From: a virus
Direction: 5' to 3' (one strand)
DNA: 44,283 nucleotides
IMG/VR virus record: IMGVR_UViG_3300009421_000008
Span: 1-44,283 of that record
In this document: in pieces, positions 18,260 to 25,605 of the stretch
Layout of the letters: each line of letters opens with the position of its first letter
Position numbering within the stretch: the first letter of the stretch is position 1
Notes under the pieces: model-generated
Told to the model about the DNA's origin: nothing
Database searches by the model: none
The model's input: only the letters and a program-made list of their open reading frames with translations
Made by a program: the position numbers and the translations under genes

Positions 18260-18580
18260 TCAGCTATTCTTCGCGGCCGCTACAGCTTCTTCAGAAGAAT
18301 CCAGCTGGGCACTAGACTCAGCAACTTCTGGATCTACCATAACAACATCATTCGGCCGTCCGTACTTACAACGGATGAGAACTCTGGCCTCTACCAGATT
18401 CTCGTTTTCTTCTGCTTCCGCTTTAGCGGCGACAGCTTCAGCTTCTTTGTCCGCTCTGATTTTTGCGGCGATAGCTTCTTCTTCCTCAATTTTAGCTTTC
18501 TTCGCGGCCTCTGCAGCCGCTACAGTAGCAGCGTCTTCTTCAGCTTTCTTCGCGGCCGCCGTTTGATTTTTTGTAGCCAT
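18260..18580 (-). CDS. Ala/Glu/Lys-rich head-module protein of unknown function
   Basis: 106 aa. The N-terminal roughly 60 aa are almost entirely A/E/K. The C-terminal part, ARVLIRCKYGRPNDVVMVDPEVAE, looks globular. Confidence 0.5.
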   Translation of the reverse strand: MATKNQTAAAKKAEEDAATVAAAEAAKKAKIEEEEAIAAKIRADKEAEAVAAKAEAEENENLVEARVLIRCKYGRPNDVVMVDPEVAESSAQLDSSEEAVAAAKNS

Positions 18581-18602
18581 GTCTTTGTCCTCTATTCATT
18601 TT

Positions 18603-18638
18603 CTAAAAGTGCTCCGAGGCATTTAGATACCCCGGAGC
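18603..18638 (-). terminator. Hairpin + U-tract just downstream of the major capsid gene (probably a partial terminator)
   Basis: Minus strand: GCTCCGGGG-N10-CCTCGGAGC (9 bp including one G.U) followed by ACTTTTAG. Confidence 0.45.
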
Positions 18639-18674
18639 TAAACTACTGAACTTCCAGCAGCGGAGGAGAAACTA

Positions 18675-19916
18675 TTACGAAGCGGCGTTCTGGAAAACTT
18701 TACAAGAATCGCCGTTGTCAGTGAATTTGCCATCTGCGCGGAACCACGCCAAGAATCCGATCTGGCCTTTCTCGATGTACTTAGAATCAGCAAACCGGAA
18801 GAGCGAAACGGCCATCACGTCGCGAATGATGTACTTGCTCATGTCACCAAACACGATCGACTTAGCGCTAGCTGCCATTTCAGGCATATCCTGATTGATG
18901 GTAATGCCGCGGCCAAGCAAAGTCATGGGCATGCTGTCTGACAAGTCGCGCGAAGCCGCCCAAAATAGTGGACGACCTTCGCCGTCGACAAGCTTGTACA
19001 AGCCTTGCAAAGAGCTGTCGTGCATCATCCATTTGGCAGAAGCCCGGTATGCCGGGTCAACCGAGTGCATCAGATCGACAAGAGAATCATAACTAGTCGC
19101 AGTCACTTGGCTAGAGCCATTGGACGCAGCTACTCCGACGCCGATTCCTGGAATAATTCCTTCTGGTTGGGCGGTGCCAGTGCCGACTGTAAAGTGCTGG
19201 TTCTCGATTCGTGCGATTCGTTCAACAAGCCGTCGATTGACTAATGCCTCAACGTCGACCTCTGAATCTTGCATCAGCTCGAATGGCACGGTCACGATCT
19301 TCGAAGAATACTTATAAGCCCCAATTGCCACTGTCCCGAACGTGATGTCCTGAGAACCGGCTTGCGTGTTCTGAGCGACAATCTCACCAACTTCAGAAGT
19401 TCCGTCTGTCGTCGGCCAGTTGATAGGGTTACCTTTGCTCGTGTTCAGCAACTGGGCAACAGTCCGCATGCCGCCAAATGCCTTCAAACGCTCGATCAAG
19501 TCGGAAGAAACTTCTGACTGAACTGTATAACCGCCTTCAGCATCTGTCGTAGTCGACATAGCGTTCCGAAGCTCGGAAATTTCGTCCATATTGAACCCGC
19601 CCCAGCCATTACGCAGAAACCGGTCGAAGTTCTTAGCGGTAATGTCCTTGCGCGCATCATTGCGCTCGTCGCGCTCATTCTGTTTAATAGTAGGAGGAGC
19701 AGTGTCCGTGACCTCACTTGCTTTTGTTGTGCGCTCAATGTCGGCGTCGACGTCGGCGATCTCAGCCATGAGTGCATCATACACCGGCTGATCCTTTTCC
19801 TTGTCCCATTTTCGACCAGACTTGCCTTCAGTCGAGTCGGTTTCGTTCATGAGCTTCGCGAGCTCGGCAGATTTCGCATTTCGTTGCTCCCGCAACTGCT
19901 TTAGGCGAGTCTTCAT
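18675..19916 (-). CDS. Major capsid protein, HK97 fold
   Basis: 413 aa from ATG 19916 (AAGGAG upstream). Coiled-coil delta-like N-terminus MKTRLKQLREQRNAKSAELAKL. It follows a ClpP-like protease. The track's longer ORF starts at 19952. Confidence 0.85.
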   Translation of the reverse strand: MKTRLKQLREQRNAKSAELAKLMNETDSTEGKSGRKWDKEKDQPVYDALMAEIADVDADIERTTKASEVTDTAPPTIKQNERDERNDARKDITAKNFDRFLRNGWGGFNMDEISELRNAMSTTTDAEGGYTVQSEVSSDLIERLKAFGGMRTVAQLLNTSKGNPINWPTTDGTSEVGEIVAQNTQAGSQDITFGTVAIGAYKYSSKIVTVPFELMQDSEVDVEALVNRRLVERIARIENQHFTVGTGTAQPEGIIPGIGVGVAASNGSSQVTATSYDSLVDLMHSVDPAYRASAKWMMHDSSLQGLYKLVDGEGRPLFWAASRDLSDSMPMTLLGRGITINQDMPEMAASAKSIVFGDMSKYIIRDVMAVSLFRFADSKYIEKGQIGFLAWFRADGKFTDNGDSCKVFQNAAS

Positions 19917-19978
19917 TGTGTTGCCACTCCTTAGTTGAAAGCCCGAAGGCAAAATTGCTGATGCGCAGTTGCGTCAGC

Positions 19979-20713
19979 TTACTGAATACCGATCATAAGG
20001 GCAGCTGCACGCCTGTTGTGCAACTCCCAGTCAAATTCATCTTCTGGAACGGGCTTCGGCTCAGGCGCATTTTTATAAGCCTTGGTCATATTCCACTTGT
20101 TGTCTGCTTCTTTTCCGTCATCGACCAAATCCGCGAAATTAGCTTCTTTGGCTTCATCAGCCGTGAACCAAGTTTCATCTTGCAACCACTGGGTAAGCTG
20201 CTTGCGATCTTGGCCGGTTCTAGCGGCGTAGTCATCAATGATTGTTCCGTCGATCTTATCCAAAAGGTCGGCGGTGGCCCTCATCTCTTGCGCATTGCCG
20301 TAAGCAGCGCCCCATGACTGGTGGATCATGAGAAACGATCCTTTGGACATGGTCACAGAATTACCCGCGGTTGCAATCCAGCTAGCGGCCGATGCGGCGA
20401 TTCCGTCAACGTACGTGTTGAATTTGCCGTGATTGCGAAGGGCAGAAAGAATAGCGCGGGCCTCAAACACTGAGCCGCCAGGTGAATTCAACCTGACGTT
20501 TAGTGGGGATCCCTTTTGAACATTCTGAAGGGCCTCAATAACCATCGTTGCGCTGACACCCCAGAATTGGTCAATGATGTCGTAGATGTAGAGGTCGGTT
20601 GCGCCGCCTTCGTTAGTTGGCTCGACAACATTGAAAAGCTTTTCAACGCCTGAGTTATCAAGCGTCAAATTAGCCATGATGGCGTGGCCGTCAGGCCTCT
20701 TCTTCATTTTCAT
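19979..20713 (-). CDS. Prohead (head maturation) serine protease, ClpP-like
   Basis: Motifs LNSPGGSVFEA and GIAASAASW. Preferred start is ATG 20713 (GAGGA N8 ATG). The track ORF extends to 20809, inside the portal gene. Confidence 0.8.
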   Translation of the reverse strand: MKMKKRPDGHAIMANLTLDNSGVEKLFNVVEPTNEGGATDLYIYDIIDQFWGVSATMVIEALQNVQKGSPLNVRLNSPGGSVFEARAILSALRNHGKFNTYVDGIAASAASWIATAGNSVTMSKGSFLMIHQSWGAAYGNAQEMRATADLLDKIDGTIIDDYAARTGQDRKQLTQWLQDETWFTADEAKEANFADLVDDGKEADNKWNMTKAYKNAPEPKPVPEDEFDWELHNRRAAALMIGIQ

Positions 20714-22043
20714 CTTCGTTTTCCTCGGGGTCTTCACCCTTGTCAGATTTATCTTCGTCTTCGGGCTCAGAACTGCCCATGCCAGTAAACAACTCGTCAC
20801 CACCGTCAACCTTGGGCAGCCTCTCGAGCTTACGAATCTCGTTGGTGGTCATCCAGCCAGGGCCTTGCGAGCCGCCAATAGATTGCCTGTAAGCGGCCGT
20901 TCTGCTTACGAGATCAGATCTTGCAATCGCAGAAACGTTGAATTCGCAAAATCTGCCAATCTCAGAATCAGATTCGAAAAGCTTATAGCTCAACTCTTGT
21001 GTAATCTCGTCGATGATGGGCTGAACAGAGTAGATCAAAAATCCACGCCCCATCTCTTCAAGGCCCTTGCCAAAGGCCGTCACTTTGGTAGTAGCACCAA
21101 TCAAATGGGGCGGCACTCCGCATACGCGGGCGATTTCTTCAACTTGGAAATTTCGAGTCTCAAGCAATTGCGCGTCTGACGCCTTCATGCTGATTGAGCT
21201 AACGTCCATGCCGCCAGTAAGAATGAACGGCAACATACGAGCAGGCTGATTAATGAGATCCTCGTATTGTGACCTGAGATCGTCCTTTTGCGCGGAGCTC
21301 ATTTTATTGGGCGACGTGAAGACGTGCCTGCCAACGCCGCCAGAGCCAAACATGGAACCTTGTTGTTTCTCAGCTGTTCCAGCGACTGAGATGGCGTTTC
21401 GAGCCCCCCATGAAAGCAGGCTCATGCCATGCTCGCCGTCAAATCCGAAACCGGGAAAGTGCAGCATGTCATCGGAAGGCACTTTGATAACCCTGCCGTC
21501 AGATAACGTAACCCAGTAATCTAAATCACCTTGCTCTGTGTTAGCCTCAACTCTGACCTGTGCAGGGTTGAGCGGAATGATTTGAGATACCTCTAAAGCG
21601 CTGGATCTTCCACGGCCAATCTTCTTGCGGATAACCCAAGCGTAGCCATCGCCGCGCAGAAAAATGCAGAGCAGGATCCATTTCCAAAACGCCGCCGCGG
21701 TGAACCTAAAATTGGGCCGCATATTAAGCAAAGGCGCAAGTGGGTCGCCGATAATGCGTTCTTTATCGCCCTCTGCATTTTGCTCATAAATATGAATGGG
21801 CAAAGTTGATATAACACCGCAAAGAAGTGTGATGCACCTGTAAAACGCGGAAATACGCATCGCCGAATCAGGATTAACCGAGTAATCAGTCACTCCTGGC
21901 GGCATATTGAACAGTTCGCCCATTGCTACGTTATCTGAAGAGACAACGGTCGTTTGAATCATATTGCTAAGACTTGGAATAGCAATCTCTCTAGATTCTG
22001 ACGTGATGGCGGCTTCGGCCAAGAATGGGTCAAATGGAGTCAT
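20691..22043 (-). CDS. Portal protein (HK97 family-like)
   Basis: 450 aa, between TerL and the protease, with an acidic C-terminal tail (EDEDKSDKGEDPEENEDENEEEA). TAATG overlap with TerL. Confidence 0.85.
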   Translation of the reverse strand: MTPFDPFLAEAAITSESREIAIPSLSNMIQTTVVSSDNVAMGELFNMPPGVTDYSVNPDSAMRISAFYRCITLLCGVISTLPIHIYEQNAEGDKERIIGDPLAPLLNMRPNFRFTAAAFWKWILLCIFLRGDGYAWVIRKKIGRGRSSALEVSQIIPLNPAQVRVEANTEQGDLDYWVTLSDGRVIKVPSDDMLHFPGFGFDGEHGMSLLSWGARNAISVAGTAEKQQGSMFGSGGVGRHVFTSPNKMSSAQKDDLRSQYEDLINQPARMLPFILTGGMDVSSISMKASDAQLLETRNFQVEEIARVCGVPPHLIGATTKVTAFGKGLEEMGRGFLIYSVQPIIDEITQELSYKLFESDSEIGRFCEFNVSAIARSDLVSRTAAYRQSIGGSQGPGWMTTNEIRKLERLPKVDGGDELFTGMGSSEPEDEDKSDKGEDPEENEDENEEEA

Positions 22044-23632
22044 TAGATGGTCTCAAAACCTGATTCAGCCTCGAGCATCTCTTTGCTTAACATGCCTTCG
22101 GCCATAACCGCCGCGACAATACCGTCGATGCGCCCAGTTGATTTCACTTTGTCAAGTTTCCTGTTTCCAGACGGGTCTTGAACAATAACGGCGTTTGCGG
22201 CGCACCAGTTGAGCACCGGGTTATCGCCGTGGTTGACATTTCCTTGGACCATGTGGGTTTCAACCTGCTCAATAGCAGGCGACATGTCTTTGAACCCTTG
22301 GCCAAACGGTTCCATGGGGAAGTCAAGATCGTACCGTTCAATTTCTTTGTTCAAAAAGTCCATTCTCCATCGGTCAAACCCAATGGCTCTAAGATCCAAG
22401 TCTTCACAAATCTCATGCATATCGCGAACAACAACGCCGTAATCAATGACTTTCCCTGGAACTGCGCGGATGAACCCTTGGTCTACCCACAATTGATAAG
22501 GTGCCTTGTCTCTATCTTGCCGGTCTCTAATCGTGTCCAACGGAGTCCAAAAATATGTGTGCCAATGCTGTCTTTCATCTTCGTCCACACCTATTAAGTG
22601 GAACGCTGTTAAGTCAAGTGATTGCGACAGATCAAGGCCTCCGACCACAACACACTCGTCTAAGCTCCTTGGTTTACCGTTATTTTTGTTCCACACACTC
22701 CTTGCAATGAAGGGTGAAAACATCTGAACTCTCTGGTTCAGTGTGAGATTTCTGAAAGTGTTCTCTGCACTTGGCATTCTTTTGGCTTGCTTGGCCTGCT
22801 CTTCAACGTCCACAAGACTTCTGAATGACCCAATTGCCGGATTAGCTGCTTTCCAAGCTTCTGGATCGTCCACATCCGCATCCTGTTCTGCCGCGTATAA
22901 GTGGCAAACTATCTTCGGATCTTTGGATTCTAGTGCATCATCTATCCAAATTGACAATAAATCGGCGTCTGTGGGCGCCTGAGTGGAGATTGCCATGAGA
23001 ATTGGGGCCTCGTGGGCGCCCTGGCTGGTCGTAATTGCGTCGATAAACGCATCCTGGGGCCCCTGGACCTGCCCGACTTCGTCGAGAATAGCAAGTATAG
23101 GGCTAAGGCCGTGGGCCGTCGTACCGTCTGCTGCAAGCGCCCTGTACTCAACATTCTTGTTGACTCCGACCAATCGTTTACTCGACGGGACAATTTTCAC
23201 AAGGTTTCGGAGGATGGCCGACAGATTAATCATCTTGGCTGCAAGGTTGAACACAAGCGCTGCTTGATCTCGGCTCCTTGCACCAGAAACAACTTGGCTG
23301 TTCTGAATTGCCTCAGGGCCACAAACGTGAGCCAAGACAAGAGCGGCAATGAGCGCAGTCTTTCCGTTTTTTCTCGCAATCGACAAATATGCGCGTCTTG
23401 TGCCCGCTGGATTGTCGTAAACAGCAATAATGAAGTTCTTTTGGAACGGATCGAGCAGCATCTTTTGCCCGACTTTAGTTCCTTCTGGGATCAAACAGTA
23501 GTTCTCGATAAACGCGACAACCTTTTCACCGCGCGTCATCGTTGATAAATCACCCACCGCAGCGGCAATTTTGGTCTTTTTTGGCGCCGCTTTCTTGCGC
23601 GGAATTGCAGGTTTCTTACGCGGAGTTACCAT
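22043..23632 (-). CDS. terL: Terminase large subunit
   Basis: 529 aa. ATPase-like region LSIARKNGKTALIAALVL (Walker A-like) and ILAILDEVGQ (Walker B-like). A nuclease half follows. Its position is between TerS and the portal. Confidence 0.85.
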   Translation of the reverse strand: MVTPRKKPAIPRKKAAPKKTKIAAAVGDLSTMTRGEKVVAFIENYCLIPEGTKVGQKMLLDPFQKNFIIAVYDNPAGTRRAYLSIARKNGKTALIAALVLAHVCGPEAIQNSQVVSGARSRDQAALVFNLAAKMINLSAILRNLVKIVPSSKRLVGVNKNVEYRALAADGTTAHGLSPILAILDEVGQVQGPQDAFIDAITTSQGAHEAPILMAISTQAPTDADLLSIWIDDALESKDPKIVCHLYAAEQDADVDDPEAWKAANPAIGSFRSLVDVEEQAKQAKRMPSAENTFRNLTLNQRVQMFSPFIARSVWNKNNGKPRSLDECVVVGGLDLSQSLDLTAFHLIGVDEDERQHWHTYFWTPLDTIRDRQDRDKAPYQLWVDQGFIRAVPGKVIDYGVVVRDMHEICEDLDLRAIGFDRWRMDFLNKEIERYDLDFPMEPFGQGFKDMSPAIEQVETHMVQGNVNHGDNPVLNWCAANAVIVQDPSGNRKLDKVKSTGRIDGIVAAVMAEGMLSKEMLEAESGFETI

Positions 23633-23634
23633 AT

Positions 23635-24189
23635 TTAGGCCAAAAGTCCAATGTTTGGGTCTTTAGGTGGCTCATTCTCGTCCACTGGTGGAGTTTCGCC
23701 TTTGATTTGTGATTGCATGTTTCTAGCATCTCGCTCGTACGCGCGTTTTCTAGTTTTTTCAAACGCCCTGCCGCTTTGTGTTGGCTGAATTAGCAAAGTG
23801 CGCATCAATCTGCGGGCGCGCTCGGACAATTCTGAAATTACAGCAATTCTGGGATTTGGTTCGCGGCCGTCGATCTTAATTGTGATGGACCCCTCAAGAT
23901 CTAGTATGCGCTCTTCTTCTTGTATTCTATAAACGCACTTTACGAGATCTTCGGCCAAGAAAAAATCTTGTTCGTTAAGCCATTCGTCTTTGGCTCGAGA
24001 ATTCATGACCATTTCCCAGGCGGGCAAATGATGTGGCCTCAAATCTGTAAAAGCTGGCGGCGAGATCGGGCCCGCTGCAGCATCTTCAGCCGCTTTCAAA
24101 AGCCCTTCGACTGTGTTAACTATCGGCTTTTTCCTTGGTCCGACGGCGCCTTTTCTATTCGCCACAATCACCTCACAATCAAAACCCAA
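23635..24189 (-). CDS. terS: Terminase small subunit (P27-family-like)
   Basis: 184 aa directly upstream of TerL. The N-terminal basic segment NRKGAVGPRKKP is typical of P27-type TerS proteins that pair with an HNH endonuclease. The start codon is uncertain (TTG at 24189). Confidence 0.65.
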   Translation of the reverse strand: MGFDCEVIVANRKGAVGPRKKPIVNTVEGLLKAAEDAAAGPISPPAFTDLRPHHLPAWEMVMNSRAKDEWLNEQDFFLAEDLVKCVYRIQEEERILDLEGSITIKIDGREPNPRIAVISELSERARRLMRTLLIQPTQSGRAFEKTRKRAYERDARNMQSQIKGETPPVDENEPPKDPNIGLLA

Positions 24190-24273
24190 TTCAAAATGAC
24201 TGGGGGGACGTAGTCCAGGGGGCCCGCCCTAAGCTTTTAGGTACCGGCCCCTAAACTACATGGTTACTTGATA

Positions 24274-24287
24274 AATAACTAGTTATT
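24274..24287. promoter_or_regulatory. Perfect 14-bp palindrome AATAACTAGTTATT (operator-like) between HNH and TerS
   Basis: The string is its own reverse complement. Near-identical copies sit inside three plus-strand promoters at 28796, 30215 and 36429. Confidence 0.6.
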
Positions 24288-24445
24288 AACTACGAACTTA
24301 CTAATTGAATCGCAAAGTTTGTTAAGCTCTAAGACTCCGTCAACCTCAATCGTGTCGTCGTCCTCGTTGTATAAATCCAAACAACCTAAATCTTGCTGTT
24401 GGTTTCTCAACTCTTCAACGATAACATCTCGCAGAGTTTTCTTTG

Positions 24446-24790
24446 TTACTTGTTCCATGGGTGCTCCGGGTCGTTGGGTACGCCATCAGCGTTGCAACCT
24501 GCTCTGCGTATCCATCCTCTCTCTTTAATACTCTTGTTAGCGTGATGTCGCTTACACAACGATTGAAAGTTAGACTCGTCGTCCTTGCCACCCTTGTGTA
24601 TTGGTACCACGTGGTCCACCTCTTCAGCAGCAACTAAATAACCTTGCTTCTTACAGTGTACGCACAGTGAGTGCTCACGTAGCCACCGTGCTCTGCGCTT
24701 GACTGCTCTGCTACCTGTGAGGCGTGCGTGTACCATGCAGCGATTATACTCTTGCGCTCGTAGTGGGGGCGCTCTATGGGCCGTAATCAT
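24446..24790 (-). CDS. HNH endonuclease (packaging-associated)
   Basis: CVHCKKQG...VDHVVPIHKGGKDDESNFQSLCKRHHANK. Located just upstream of TerS. ATG 24790 is preferred over TTG 24802, which lies inside the inverted repeat. Confidence 0.85.
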   Translation of the reverse strand: MITAHRAPPLRAQEYNRCMVHARLTGSRAVKRRARWLREHSLCVHCKKQGYLVAAEEVDHVVPIHKGGKDDESNFQSLCKRHHANKSIKERGWIRRAGCNADGVPNDPEHPWNK

Positions 24791-24797
24791 GCAGGCC

Positions 24798-24820
24798 CAC
24801 AAAGTTGCCTGTTGCCTTTA
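24798..24820. repeat. Left arm of a perfect 23-bp inverted repeat (cacaaagttgcctgttgccttta)
   Basis: It is the exact reverse complement of 24913..24935. The arms flank a 92-bp AT-rich spacer. Confidence 0.9.
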
Positions 24821-24912
24821 TAAAACGCAGATCTATCTACTACTACCCTAATTTATTACTTACTTTTCTTTTTATGTTAAATTCCTCCCCCTATTCTAGA
24901 ATATAAAGAAAG

Positions 24913-24935
24913 TAAAGGCAACAGGCAACTTTGTG
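24913..24935. repeat. Right arm of the perfect 23-bp inverted repeat (taaaggcaacaggcaactttgtg)
   Basis: It is the exact reverse complement of 24798..24820. Confidence 0.9.
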
Positions 24936-25023
24936 AGGGCCCCCACAGAGCAGGGCGCAGGGCGCATAGTTATTGCACAGTACGCCGCATAAGTGCTTGA
25001 TTACCAAGGACATATCGCCCCTG

Positions 25024-25053
25024 TTGTACGTAATTAAAATAACAGCATACGAT
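25024..25053 (+). promoter_or_regulatory. Candidate early sigma70-type promoter (TTGTAC N18 TACGAT)
   Basis: It has the same -35 hexamer and 18-nt spacing as the three internal plus-strand promoters. The spacer contains the half-site AAATAAC. It lies upstream of the first plus-strand ORF. Confidence 0.45.
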
Positions 25054-25068
25054 TACTCAACAAATTTT

Positions 25069-25114
25069 CTCAGTTGCCTTGTTGCCTTTTGGTCGCGCGA
25101 CAAAGGCAACTGAG
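25069..25114. promoter_or_regulatory. Imperfect palindrome built from GTTGCC/GGCAAC units around a GTCGCGCGAC core
   Basis: ctcagttgcctt (25069-25080) pairs with aaggcaactgag (25103-25114). The central 10-bp palindrome is at 25092-25101. Confidence 0.6.
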
Positions 25115-25153
25115 CTCTAAAATCGCTGAAGAAACAGACCAAAAAGGACTCAA

Positions 25154-25603
25154 ATGGGTACAAAAACGGGGCCAGAATTGGCCCAAAAAAGCTTCATTTC
25201 CATCATTTTGTTGCTCTCTTCGCGCAACCAGAGGGCCTTGGGGCAACAGATAAGGCAACTAGGCAACTACTTAAAGATGGCAGAAAGTGAGCTTGAATCA
25301 CTTGTTTTGCCGCCTATAGAAGAGAAATCTCCACCAGGAAGGCCAGCTAAGAAGTACCTGGCCGGTTGGGGCTACACCCATGACGTAAAGGCCGCAAATG
25401 AGACTATGACCCTTTCAGAAATTTCTAAAATAGTCAATCACAGTCCCCCCGCCATAGCAGCTAAGATGTCAAGGCACAAAATGGGCATCGCTCAATACAT
25501 GATCCAAGAAAACAAAACTACTCCAGGATCCTACGGGCCTCCAGATGAGAGTGAAGCTATACCATTCACAGTGTTCAGAGATAATCCTAATGAGGCGGAG
25601 TGA
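25154..25603 (+). CDS. First early protein, possible HTH DNA-binding protein
   Basis: AAGGA N5 ATG at 25154. An alternative start is ATG 25277. The segment MTLSEISKIVNHSPPAIAAKMSRH looks helix-turn-helix-like. Confidence 0.45.
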   Translation: MGTKTGPELAQKSFISIILLLSSRNQRALGQQIRQLGNYLKMAESELESLVLPPIEEKSPPGRPAKKYLAGWGYTHDVKAANETMTLSEISKIVNHSPPAIAAKMSRHKMGIAQYMIQENKTTPGSYGPPDESEAIPFTVFRDNPNEAE

Positions 25604-25605
25604 TC

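Noticed and set aside
24826-24912. The GGGGGAGG (minus strand) Shine-Dalgarno-like string in the AT-rich spacer as evidence of a hidden small gene
   Set aside because: No ATG, GTG or TTG start occurs at usable spacing downstream on the minus strand. The region is better explained as a non-coding AT-rich core between the inverted repeats.
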